NCBI RefSeq assembly: GCF_009914755.1
Contig: NC_060937.1
Strand: one strand, 5' to 3'
Source: the human T2T-CHM13v2.0 reference genome, Homo sapiens
Length of the DNA: 64,000 nucleotides
In this document: one piece after another, positions 31,646 through 44,840 of the stretch
Numbering within the stretch: position 1 is the first letter of the stretch
How the letters are laid out: the number at the start of each line of letters is the position of its first letter
Translations under genes and position numbers: made by a program
The notes under the pieces: model-generated
Seen by the model: only the letters and a program-made list of their open reading frames with translations
Database searches by the model: none
Told to the model about the DNA's origin: nothing

Positions 31646-32066
31646 CTGTGTGTATTTTTAAGTTAATTTGTGTTAGAAAAATATCAAGTGTAATTTTCTG
31701 GAAACCCATGTCTTTTAATATTGAAGAGTTGTAATAAAACATTTCTGGGGAGAAGATCTGAAAAACACGGGACTTATTCATATAACCTAGCAAAATATGG
31801 AATTGTCATTTTAGGGTAGCTCTAATAATTACTATACAGTGATTCTCCACCACAAAAGAATGCTAGTAATAAGCTCATGGATTCCTTTTTTATACTGTAA
31901 TAATTAATGCCTTTAATTTTTGAACACTGAGATTCTTTATGTTTCTATTTTTAAGTATAGTGCAACTTTTTAATTCATTGGCTTCTTAGTGTCACATCTT
32001 GACACACAACTGTTAGATTTGCCTTTAACCTAAAAATCAGTAAGGTTTTTTTTTAATCGTTTAGTC

Positions 32067-32295
32067 TTTTTTCAGCTTTATTAAAATATAATTGACAAAA
32101 CTGTACATATTTAAAGTGTACTGCTTAATGGCTTGATACACATATGCATTTCCATTGTGAAATGACTACCACAATCAAGTTAACTAACAGATCTACCACC
32201 TCACATAGTTACCTTTTTGTTGTTGTTAAGAACACTTAAGATCTGCTCTCTTAGCAAATTTGAGGTATACAGTACAGTATTATTAACTATAATCC
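32067..32295 (-). mobile_element. L1MA8/9-like 3' end
   Basis: cagctttattaaaatataattgacaaaactgtacatatttaaagtgtac...aagatctgctctcttagcaaattt. Confidence 0.8.
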
Positions 32296-32574
32296 ACAGT
32301 TATTTAGTCATTTAACTTTCATGAGTAAATATAGTTTGCTATAACCAGGAAGGCACAGACAAGGGCTTTTGGCTCTTCTTCTGCAACTCTGTTCCAACTG
32401 CAAGAGTTCGTGGAGAAAAGAACCATTCCCTCAACAGTACCAAGCAGTAATAAAAATATTAAATAGTATTACCGTGTCTGAGTGCCTTTCCTGTATTTCG
32501 TAACTTAACCTAATAATAACCCTTTTAAGTGTTGTTATCGTTCCTGAAGAGATAAAACTTGGTTAAAATGTAAG

Positions 32575-32690
32575 ATTTGTCACTTACGAGCTGCATGATT
32601 TGAAAAGAGTTGTTTAAATTACCTAAGCTTTTGTTTTCTCATCAGTAAAATGGAGATAATAGTAGGTGCCTCATGGGGGATTATTAGATC
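32575..32690 (+). mobile_element. MIR relic
   Basis: cacttacgagctgcatgatttg...ttttctcatcagtaaaatggagataatagtaggtgcctcatggg. Confidence 0.65.
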
Positions 32691-33680
32691 ACACTTAAAA
32701 TTGGATCATAGTTAATACTTTAACTGGGGCTTTAACCATCATCATTTACATCATCCCTATTCCATTTTCTTTCCTTTTGGCAGAAAGGCATATAGTGAAA
32801 TCTATGCAAATTAAATGAACATATGGGACACTTTCTTTGCAGAAAGAGTTGTGGGGCTCCCTCCACATGACCTGAAAAGTACCTATATGGCGGTAAGACA
32901 CTTTACATATCCCCTAGTTTATATACCCTGGCATGCCCATATGACCTGCTAAATCAGACAAACACACCAGATTCTAATATACAGTCATATTGATTTTACA
33001 ACTTCTCAATTAACATATAATCCTAAACTGCATGCTTTATGTTGAAGAAAAAAAAACAGCAACTAATACACTATCATAGTACCGCCTTAAATGCTAGTTT
33101 AACCTGATTCTGCCAGCGTAACAATTTTGAGTTGTACATAAGGGTTTTATTGAACTTTTTATTCTTTTATTGGTTATGGTTTAGTAACTTAGAATTTCCT
33201 TAGAATTGATATAAGCATGTAAACTGAAGTTGATGGTCAAGTATACCTTTATAATAAGCTAAGCAGCTTTAGGGCTCCTAGATCCTTTGTGAAGTGCAAG
33301 TTCACCGAGAGAAGTAAGTACTAGTATGACTAGGCTTGTCTATCATTGGCTTTTGAATGGCTTTTTTACTGAAGACAAAAAGGAAGGAGGAACTAAGTGT
33401 AATTTCTAAATACTTGGATACCTCTGCAAGTATTGTCAATGGTTATTTCTCCTTCAAGCACTCTCCCATTTTCTTTCATCAGATTGGCCAGTCTCATCTC
33501 AAATCCTCTGCAGAAAATGTTGAAGGTACTCTAGGGTGAGATAATAGTTTTCAATGTTTATGGGAATTGAAGAGGTTTTGGGAAAATGGATAATATTATT
33601 GGAAAAAATTAGATTGTTGGAGTGAAGATTAAGTTCAAAGAGAGAATGTATTATAATTTTGTGCAACTGAAATGGGTGCG

Positions 33681-33982
<302 letters not shown>

Positions 33983-34099
33983 GAAATGGGTGTGAAAATA
34001 TCGTTGATGATTAGTAATAATTACTAGATGTAGTGACTTTTAAAAGACTCCTTTAAGGATGGCTGTTAAATAGGTTTCTATATGTATCTTTATTATAAT

Positions 34100-34118
34100 T
34101 GTGTGTGTGTGTGTGTGT
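34100..34118. repeat. (TG)n microsatellite
   Basis: tgtgtgtgtgtgtgtgtgt seen directly. Confidence 0.9.
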
Positions 34119-36599
34119 ATGTACACATACACATAGATAAGAAAAATTATGGGCTTTACTGTAAGTACATCATAGAGTTCAACTGAAAAAAATGCTGTCA
34201 AAGAGCAACCATGTAGAATTAGGCATGGTTTGCTCCCTCTCAGCTGCTGAGTGTTACATTTCTGGTTTAGAGGGGAGAAGTGTTCCTTTTCCACAAGACT
34301 TGATGTAATCTTTCTACTTTGGTTCCAAATTTCTAACCTAAGAATAAGAAGTAATTAAGATCAAAAGAATAATGAGAAACCTCATCCGTGGTTAAAATAT
34401 GTATTTAGTAAATATTACAGGAAGAGATACCAGATTATTTAGAAATAGAATAATGAAACAAAACTTTCCTTATTCTTCTTGGTTGTATAATCAGAAATTA
34501 CATCTCCTGGTTACTTGATCTCTGAGATTAGTTTCTAAAGTTAGACATATTTTGACAGGAAATTTTAACTCATTTTATTTTCAAAATACATACCTTTTAG
34601 TGACCATAAATCTAATTTTTGAAGAATATTATTTATGGTCTTATAGTAGAAAATACAGCCTCAAGTTCTGTACTCTCCATCACTTTGGAAAAGATCATTG
34701 TAGTTGAGCAAAATGCTTTTAATAGCGAGGTATTGATGTGGCTCTTGGCTGTTATTATGTAATAATGTCATGTAATTTTCTGTTCTTTCTAAAGTGATAA
34801 AAATCAGTTCACAGTGATGGAATGGGCTGCTGCCTTTCAGGCCTAAACTTTTCACATAAAAATCATAATTATTAATTGGAACTAATTTCGGACCATGCAT
34901 TTACATGCCAGTTTTCATTTGAATGTCAATTTTGTCCCTTACTCTCACCTTGAAAACATAACTTGCTCTATTTTATTAGGAAGGAAGCACAAGCCTGTAG
35001 TGTATTCTCAGTTCCTGTGTTGGATAAACCTGGCCTACAGTTGGTTTATTTAATTATTGTTTGAAGTAATATTTATTGGATGTTCTCGCATACCGAAAAC
35101 TAGTAGTGGAAACTAGGAATTTAAAATGTAAGTCGGCTTAATCCTGTCCACAGAAACCTATGCTAGTGAGGGAAGAGTTACAGTAAATGCAGTGGGATAG
35201 ACATACCTATGGGAATATGACTGGACCTGGGAGGGGCTCCAGCCTAAAGGATGGTTTTCTGAAGGGAGGTGGGCCTATAAGAGTTAGAAGAACAGAAACT
35301 GGAAATAGAGGAGAAAGAGAAAGTAGAAGGGAACAATGAAGAGGGTAGAAAAGAGGATGTTCTAAAGTGATTCTGCTTCTTTCATAAGTGAGGTATATCT
35401 GTTGTTAACTATATTTGGGAAATACGATATTTGAATTAATCTCTCAAACCATAGTAGTAAAGCTTTCCAATAGATTCTGAATAGTATCATCTTGCTTCTG
35501 AGCCAGAGACATTCTGATGATTGATTCATGAGGAGTTCTATGTACTTGAAAGTCAATTGTTACGCAAATAATTTACAAGATAGTACAATTTTAGCTTTGT
35601 ATAATGAGTAACTTTAAAAAATCAGATATTCCTGAAAGTATATTTTATGCAGTATGGTTATTTCTGAAACTTAATATAATATAGATTGCTCGTATTTTAT
35701 TTATTATCTTGAATCCCAGAATGCTTAAATGTGAACTATTTTTTAGAGGTGAGAGGGCAGATCGACAACTGCCGTGGAAAAATTAGTTTTGGCTTATTGA
35801 AAGGAGGTGGTCAGCCCCTTTAGCTTACCCTAGTATCTCTGCAACTCTTTCCTTCTACCTGTGTGCTGCAAACACATTGCTCTTTTTCTGATCTAATAAA
35901 GAATGCATTTGCTTCTGCTGGGTTTCCACATACATGCCTGTTTCAAAACCATGCAATTTTCAGCCCACTACTACCTGCCCTTTTAGTATGATGACATGAC
36001 ATGCATTTCTACACCCAGAATTACCAAGGCTTTGTGTCTGACTTTCCAGGCTTGTTTATCCCAGACACTGCTATATAGAGGCACTGCCCTCCCTCACCAG
36101 GCTGCCTTGGAAAGAAGGATGAGTGAATTTCCATCCATTGCCAATAAACCACACGTGGTTTAATAGCTCTATGAACATTTAAAAATATATTTTATACCTT
36201 CCAGTATTTTTTCATATCTAGCCAAATTCTATATTCAGAGATTTTTTTTTGGCCAAACCTCAATAAATAACATTATTAAAGTTTGTGTATTCTGTTTGAA
36301 TTACTGGAGGTTTAGAGTCTTACCGGCTTACTGAACTTTAATGTATACTCTTGAGTATCCACAGAACACAGTTTGAAAAGAGTTGCTTTAACTCAAAGAA
36401 ATATGAGTTTCTGATAGAATTTCAGGTACCTTCAAATGGCTATTGAGCTTTTGATCGAGGGAAACCTCCAAAAATTACATAATCTATAAAAATCTTTTTA
36501 TGCTTAATATCATCTGTGGTACATTATGATGCATGTATCAGAAAAGAGTGGTCATTTTTATTTTACTAACTCTGATATACACAAAATGATGTCATGTGA

Positions 36600-36770
36600 C
36601 CATGGAATATTAGAGCTATTATGGGACTAAGAAATAATTCATACCTTCAGTGTAAAGATGAGAAAAGTGAGGGACAAAATTGTAAAGGTTATTGCTCACT
36701 GTCTCACAGACTAGAGGCAAAGATGAGGCAGGTATTGAGATTTCTTTCTTCTCCCAGTATATCAAACTGG
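36600..36770 (-). mobile_element. MIR/MIR3 relic
   Basis: gtgtaaagatgagaaaagtgagggac...ttgctcactgtctcacagactagaggcaaag. Confidence 0.5.
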
Positions 36771-37039
36771 CACTTAATTATAATCTTTTAAATGCTGATT
36801 ACTTGTATCTTTCAACGGAGGTTTTTCAGATCAATAATTGTTTGAAAGTTACAACACTAGTATTTGGTTGAGATACCATGACTCTCACCTTGAAAGGTTA
36901 GCAATGCTTAACCTTTGATAACCAACATCAATTAATATAATTAGCTGATGATAATTAGTATCATTAAATTAACAATAAAACCATCACTATATCTCTGACA
37001 TCCATGCTTTTTGCCAAATCTGCCTGAAATTTATAAAAC

Positions 37040-37156
37040 AACCTGGGACTATTTTACCCCTCAGGTGACATTTGCTAATGTCTGGAGCCATTCCTGGTTG
37101 TCACAACAAAGAGTTTTCTGGTTCAAACTGTCAATAATATCAAGGTTGGTAAACCC
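37040..37156 (+). mobile_element. MER20 (hAT) internally deleted remnant
   Basis: ttttacccctcaggtgacatttgctaatgtctggagccattcctggttgtcacaac...tgtcaataatatcaaggttggtaaacc. Confidence 0.65.
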
Positions 37157-37946
37157 ACTAAAGGGATTTAATGCTGCCCTCTGCCCTTAATAAACCCACT
37201 AAAGGGATTTAATGTTGCCCTCTGCAACACCTATATGTAATAAAAGACATGTTTCCTATACTAGTTGAAAAGAAGTCTGATCTTCCCTATTCTATTGTAT
37301 TTCAAACTTTTAGGGATGTCTCTAGATTACAGTATGTCATATTTTCATGAAGAACTTCAAATATTCTCATCTATATTTTATAGAATTAGGTCCTCTTCCT
37401 TTTTTTTCAAAGATCTATTTTTTAAAAGTCTAACCTCACACAAATGCCAGTGCTTTTCCTTTGTGACTTTTCAAGCTTCATTTGTTAGATATGTCTCTAC
37501 ATATGTAGAAAAAAAGATGATTGTTGTATTTTAGATTCCACCATTGATCTACACAAGAAAAAGGTTGTTTTGTGTTATTTGCATTTCCTGGTATTTATTT
37601 TTGTTTGGGGCTCTATCCTTATTAACTGTTAACAATTTCATGGAATATGAATAGTCATTTTTTATACATTGAAGAAAGAAATATTGAGTCCAGGAAATAC
37701 AAGCTAGACACATACCTGCCTCTTTGGAGTTGAGCCTTCTGCAGGATATAAGTGAGTATGTAAACAAGATGCAATATGATGATAAAGAATATGGAAGGCA
37801 CTACAAATGCACATAAAAGGGCCTATAATCGAGGCTTGAGCAATCAGAGAGGTGAGGTCTGAGCTGATACCTGGCAAGTAACATGGAGATAAGTATTGTT
37901 TCTGACAGAAAAAAGACTTTAAACACATCTCATTAGAGATGAGATA

Positions 37947-39588
37947 CAGCCAGTGCCCCAGAGGTACTGAATACTGTAGGCAATTGTAGCACAATGGTAG
38001 GTATTTGTGTAAGTAAACAGATCTAAACATGGAAAAATACAGTAAAAATAAAATCTAAAAGGTAAATAAAAAATACACTCATATAGGGAACTCCACCATG
38101 AGTGGAGCTTTCAGGACTGGAAGTTGCTCTAGGCGAGTCAGTAAGTAGTGAGTGAATGTGAAGACCAAAGACATTACTGTACACTACTGTAGACTTTATA
38201 AACACCGTACACTTAGGCTACAATAAATTTAGAATACGTTTTCTTTTTTTTTTATTATTATACTTCAAGTTTTAGGGTACATGTGCACATTGTGCAGGTT
38301 AGTTACATATGTATACATGTGCCATGCTGGTGCGCTGCACCCACTAACTCGTCATCTAGCATTAGGTATATCTCCCAGTGCTATCCCTCCCCCCTCCCCC
38401 CACCCCACAACAGTCCCCAGAGTGTGATATTCCCCTTCCTGTGTCCATGTGATCTCATTGTTCAATTCCCACCTATGAGTGAGAATATGCGGTGTTTGGT
38501 TTTTTGTTCTTGCGATAGTTTACTGAGAATGATGATTTCCAATTTCATCCATGTCCCTACAAAGGACATGAAGTCATCCTTTTTTATGTCTGCATAGTAT
38601 TCCATGGTGTATATGTGCCACATTTTCTTAATCCAGTCTATCATTGTTGGACATTTGGGTTGGTTCCAAGTCTTTGCTATTGTGAATAATGCCGCAATAA
38701 ACATACGCGTGCATGTGTCTTTATAGCAGCATGATTTATAGTCCTTTGGGTATATACCCAGTAATGGGATGGCTGGGTCAAATGGTATTTCCAGTTCTAG
38801 ATCCCTGAGGAATCGCCACACTGACTTCCACAATGGTTGAACTAGTTTACAGTCCCACCAACAGTTAAAAAATTAACCTTAGCTCACTGTGACATTTTTA
38901 CTTTACAAGCATTAGTTGTTTTAATTTTTTTCTTTATATTCTTACTTTAAAAGCTTTTTTCTAATTAAAAAATTATTTTTTAATTATATTTTTATGTTAT
39001 TTTGTTAAAAACTAAGACTCAAACACACACATTAGCCTAGGCCTACACACGGTCAGGATCATCAATATCACCGTCTTTCACTTCCACATCTTATTCCATT
39101 GAAAGGTCGTCAGGGCAAATGACATGTATAGAGCTTTCATTTCCTATGATAATAGTACCTTCTTTAAAAATACTTCTGGAAGATCCTAGGTGTCACTTTT
39201 TTAGAAATATGTCCATGGTGGTTTACTTGTTTTTTTTTTCTCTTCTTATAGATTTGCTTGTAAGCAAATAATGCATCATGAACATTTCTCTCTATTAAGG
39301 AAAATCTTTTGGTGTTGGAGTCCATGTTTTAAAACTTTTTAAGGAGCTTGTTGAGACCTGCAAAAGCTGCACACATCACTGCATTTTCTTGGGAGTATGT
39401 CTTCTCTTTTTAGGTTTATTTACACCAGCCTCACCATAAACATGTGAATAATGTTTGAACTGTAATGATACTGCAGCTAGGACCTCAACAAGTAATAGGA
39501 ATTTTTCAGCTCCATTATAACTTTAAGGGACCCACTGTGGTATATGTGATCCATTGTTAGCCAAACATTGTTATGTGGAGCATGCCTA
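37947..39588 (-). mobile_element. Tigger3 (Golem) DNA transposon derivative, interrupted by L1PA2
   Basis: Flanking TA dinucleotides, terminal ...ccattataactttaagggacc...gttatgtggagcatgcc, internal ggactggaagttgctctaggcgagtcag. The minus strand of ~39190-39370 reads like a transposase C-terminus (…RFSLIERNVHDALFAYKQIY…). Confidence 0.85.
38239..38865 (-). mobile_element. L1PA2-type 3' fragment (about 0.63 kb)
   Basis: The sense strand reads tagatgacgagttagtgggtgcagcgcaccagcatggcac (GAG diagnostic, not Ta ACA). The ORF2 C-terminus is intact in ORF 38462-38833 (…HRIFSLIGGN). Confidence 0.92.
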
Positions 39589-39639
39589 TACTTTAATGAG
39601 ATATTGCAGAACTGGGAGAGCTTCATTTCAGATATTTTC

Positions 39640-39755
39640 GTTATGAAATATTTGCTGAGTGCCTACTCTAGGACAGGCACCATTCTAGGCTTCAGAACAA
39701 CAGCACTGAACCAAACAACTGAAGTCTGCCCTTGTGTAGTTTACATTCTAGTGTG
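39640..39755 (-). mobile_element. L2 3' end relic
   Basis: aatatttgctgagtgcctactctaggacaggcaccattctaggc...tctgcccttgtgtagtttacattctagt. Confidence 0.7.
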
Positions 39756-40980
39756 GTAGTTTATTAGTATTATTCATCTCTATATGCTACTTTTCATTAA
39801 CAGTTTTCATCCTTGTATACAGTCTGAATGGTAAGTACAAGTGTTTACTTAGACTGACCAATGTATTGAATGGTAAATTATGGAATTTTTAAAAAATTAT
39901 AGAAATAGTAAGTTGATATTAAATTGAAAGATGTTAAAAATTTATTCAAGAAACTTTGATATTCAGTCTCTAACTTTTCAAGTTTTTTGGGGGGTTTCTC
40001 TTTCTCATCTGGGGGTATAATGCTTGATGTGGATGAGACTTTTTCTTGGAAGAATTTTATTCCTTTTTTCATTTAAAATATCATAGTTGATATGGCAAAT
40101 ACATTGATCAGCAGCACTTACAGAAGGGTAATTTTTTTAAAGAAGCATGAGAAATTAAGGTACATCTTAGAAAAGTGATTACTCTGCCCTTATACCAAGA
40201 CACAATAAGACTTTATGATGGGATTACAGCATGGAGAGATTTACAACAGCTTCCACTGGTTTAGATACAGCTAAAGAATTAACAGAGGATTGGTTGGCAG
40301 TCTAAAGAATGGAAAATTTAACCAACTTCTAGAAAGGTAGTCAGATTATTGTCTGTATTATTCTTCACACTTCTGAATGATGAGTGTGCTTTCCAACAAC
40401 AACATTCATGAAGTTGACTTTGAAATATTTTAACTTAAAAGGATCTTACAGTTCTTTGAATCCTTATTTAAAGTGTCCTGATATCAGCTTAGTCATGTTA
40501 CAATAAAAAATAAAGTCATTCAAGAAATTTATACTAGAGATAACCATTTCTAGGTCATAACATTTTATTGGATACAATCAGAAAATGTGGTGTAGTTGGC
40601 AAACCCTACATTGGGTTTTGAAATTACTGTGCTACCAGTATGTTCCAATCAGTGAGAACCTTTCAGCCATGAACTTTTATTGATTTGTATTCCTCAGAGT
40701 AACATAATAGCTTTCCTTAAGTCTTCCAATTTCACTATGGTTATTTTTTTTCCTGAAATCTCTGCTGTTAGAAGGTTTATTTATGCACTTACTCTGTCGC
40801 TTTCCAACCCCTTCATGGTTTGAGTCAAGAATAGGTACCAGTGTTCTATGAGCAAGTAGGAAAAAAAAGAGGTGCTATAACCAATTAAATTATTCTATAA
40901 ACAGTTATAGTATGAATAGTTCTGTAATCAGAACAATACATTTTAGCATTTGCAGAACAAATAAAGATATTGAAAATTTC

Positions 40981-41366
40981 TTCCTTTTTTATTTTCAGTT
41001 TTTGTGGGTACATAATAGGTATACATATTTATGGGGTATAGGAGATATTTTGGTATAAACATGAAATATGTAATAATCACATCATGGAAAATTGGGTCTG
41101 CATCCCCTCAAGCATTTATCGTTTGTGTTACAAACAATCCAATTAAACTCTTAGTTATTTTAAAATATACAATTAAATGATTGACTCTAGTCCCCCTGCT
41201 GTGCTATCAAATACTGTAATAGGTCTTACTCATTCTTTCTAGCTTTTTGGACCCATTAAACATTCCCACTTCCTCCCCTCTTCCCCCTCCCCAAACTACC
41301 CTTCCTGGCCTCTAGTAACTATCCTTCTATTCTCTATCTCCATGGGTTCAATAGTTTTGATTTTTA
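40981..41366 (-). mobile_element. L1MA2-like 3' end
   Basis: tttttgtgggtacataataggtatacatatttatgggg...catcccctcaagcatttatc. 18-bp TSD aaagat(at/tc)tgaaaatttc at 40963-40980 and 41367-41384. Confidence 0.85.
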
Positions 41367-44300
41367 AAAGATTCTGAAAATTTCAACCAGGAAAAGCAAA
41401 AACAAGCAAGTACTCTCTCATCCAATCACACTAGAAATTAAATTCATTTTTAATAAATAACTTAATATTTCAATGCTTATTTTCACTTTTAAAACACTTA
41501 TTTTTATAAAACATTTTTGTAAAATGTTTATATTTTAAATGAGGCTTATTTTTGTAAAATTTAAGCCTCAAATTTATACTGTTAATAGACATGTTTTCAA
41601 CATTTGCTTAAAAAATAGGAGTTTAGTTTCTAGACTTAACATATGGTGGTTAAAATGAGAATTCAGCACTTTCAAGTCACACGATTTTTTTTCTATTCTC
41701 TAAGATGTTCACTATTTTATGTTGCCTGGAAATGTGAATACATGTATTAAATAGCAATCTCGTTGCATATACCAATTGATGGTAATTAAATTGAAGCATC
41801 TCTGTTACTATTTTAAAAAGATACTCATTTGAATTTTTTAATCCTGTTTTCAGTCTTTATAGTCTAAATTTCAGAAAATGCAACTGTAAAATTCGATAAA
41901 GACAATAGCTAATAGATGTTGACCGACTTTACCTTCTGTACAGGTGAGTTTTAACATGCTTTTCTAACTAGCTCCTAGTAACCATGGAATGAAACCAAAG
42001 AACAGGCACAGCTTCAAACTTCATTGGCTTTTCAGCTCTTGAGAGAATAGTCATATCTAAGCAACGAAATTTTGTTTAATCTACCTTAAAGTATCTGTAA
42101 AATGTATACTTTCCCCCAGCCATTACAACCATGGCAATCCACATTCAAACATGCATATAAAATTAGTCATCTTTTCCTGATATTATGGAGTTATGGAAAA
42201 TTAGTCCTAATGCCTATTTTAAATGAAGCATTGTACTTTCCTACTGTGAAAAAAATAGTGAGATTCTAAATGGATATGTGAATGAGAAGCAAAATTGGCG
42301 ATATTCTCTAATAATATAAAATTAACATGTAGAATCAAATCCTTGATTCATGCAACCAAACAGGTTACTGCCAGGGCATAAGAAATAGAAAGCATGATGG
42401 TTTTTCATGATATATGTCTCAAGTTTCATGGTATTTCAAAATGCCTTAATTCTGAAGACATCAATTCTGCAGATCTCTGATGCCTGCATGACCTATACCT
42501 TAAATATTATGCTTTTCTTGATGATTCAGTCTAGTACTGAGTTTTTAATTTTAGTTTTTTATTATTATATATTAAGGGAAATTGTGTATAAATGCATAGA
42601 TTGTAGATATATAATTCAATGACACACATAAATATATAAATTCATGTAGCCAAAACCTAAATCAAGATACAGAATATTTCTACCCCCTAGAAAGTTCCCT
42701 TTGTCCCCTTTCAGTCATTTCCCAGCTCCAAGAGGCAACATGCTTTCTGGTCTATATCCATGTAATAGTTTTGTCTGTTCTTGGACTTCATATATTTTGT
42801 GTGTCACTATTTTTGTTTTATATATATTCTTGAGATTCATTCATGTTGTGTGTATTGATATTTCATTGTTTTCATTGCTAAGTAGTATTCCATTGTGTGG
42901 TTCATTGTTTTCATTGCTAAGTAGTATTCCATTGTGTAGATATACACATTTAAAAAAACATATTTTTCTTTGGATGAATATTTGATGTTTTTCAAAGTTT
43001 CTGCTACTTTCAGTAATACTGCTATAAACATGTATGTAAAAGCCTTTTTGTGGGCATTCAACTGATCTTGTGTAAAGGCCTAGGAGTGAAACTGATAAAT
43101 GATGAAATATTTTTATGTTTAATTTTGTAAGAAACTGGATTAGTTTTCACAAGTGTGTATTTATTTTAGTCTACCATCAGCAAATTGTGAGAGGTTGAGT
43201 TGTTCATCGTATGTTCATCAATATTTAGTGTTGTCATTTTTTCAATTCTGCAAGTAGTAACTCTTTGTGGTTTTAATTTGTATTTACACAAAATTAAAGA
43301 TGTTAGGTGTAGTTTCATGTGCATCTTGGCCATTCGTATATCTTTTTTTTTTGAAGTATCTGTCCAAGTTAGAAATTAGGATAACTTTTTCTGATTGATG
43401 TGTAGGATTTCTTTACATACTCAAGCTCTTTTTCAGGTATATGTATCTTGAATATCTTATCCTAGTCTGCAGCTTGCTGTTTTATTTTCTTAATAGAGAC
43501 ATATCATTATTTCTTTTTCATTTTTAAAGAAATCCTGTTACTATAAATTTATTATTCTCTATGTCCTAAGAAATATTTCTTGAAGATGGGGCAGATTTTC
43601 TCCTACGCTTTATATCAGAATCTTTATAGCTTTAGACTATACACCTAAATTTATTGTATACCTGAAATTCATTTGTGTGTTATGATATAGGGCTTAAGCT
43701 TTTTCTTTTTTTTTTTGACTTATGAAGTGATTCTATCATTTATTGGAAAGATTTTTCTTTCCAATTTGAATTGCTTAGTGCCTTTGTTTAAAATTAAATG
43801 ACCAAATATGTATTTGTATATTTCTATTCTTTTCTATTAGTCTATTTATCTTCCCTTACACCAATATCATTTTGTCTTGTTCAGGATAGTTTTTGACCAG
43901 TATTCAGCCCAGAGTAATAATTTCTCCCAATTCATGCTTCATCATGATTTTTATCTTTCTATTATAAGTCCTGTGCATTTCTATATAAATTTTTAAAACA
44001 ACTTATCAGTTTCTTCAAAATAGAAGATGGGATTTTGCTTGAAATTAATCTAATAACCAAATTGAAAACTGGCGTCTTAACATGATTGAGTCTTCTAATT
44101 TATGAACATGGATTTAGATCTTATGTAATTTTTCTCAGAAATGTTTAGTAGTTTTCAGGATAGTATTACTGTATATATTTTATTATGTTTTGATGATAGC
44201 AAATATAATTTTAAAAGAAATATAATTTATTTTCACATATTGGTCTTATGTCTTGTTTTATATATTTCTTATGATTTTATACACAAATGATTTTGTTGTC

Positions 44301-44840
44301 TGTACATAAAGATTTCTATGGCTGTTTTTTTTTTCCAAATTTTGTGTTTCATTCTTTTTTCTTGCTTTTTAATACTGGCTCAAACCTCAGTACATTAAAT
44401 ATAAGTTACAAGGACATACATACTTGCCTTGTTCCCAACTATATATTGAATGGAACACATTCAATATATAGTCATTAAGTATGACATTTGATGTATGATT
44501 ATGTAGATGCTTTTCTCTAATATATTAAAAAAGTTCACCTCTACTCTTAGTCTACTCTGAAGTTTTATCAAGAATACTTACATAATTTTGTCAATAGAAT
44601 TTTCTACATCTATTCAGATCACTATATGGATTTGTCTTTTGAATGCTATTAATTCAAATTGTTGGTTAATTTGGGGATGTTAAAATAACTTTTTATTACC
44701 ACAGCAAACCCCAGTTAATTATTATATATATATCTTATGTGTTACTAGAATTTATTTGCAATATATATTTTTAAATTTTGCATCTGTTTTCATAGGTTGG
44801 TTGTTTATTATTGTTTTTAGTAATATATTTGCTAATTTTT

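Noticed and set aside
33470-33545. Acceptor ttctttcatcag followed by gtactc/gtgaga donors
   Set aside because: Short, with no recognisable peptide. It could be a chance splice-like match.
34941-36895. 15-mer actctcaccttgaaa occurring at 34941 and 36881
   Set aside because: An isolated short match with no flanking similarity and no element between the copies that it could be the TSD of. Probably chance.
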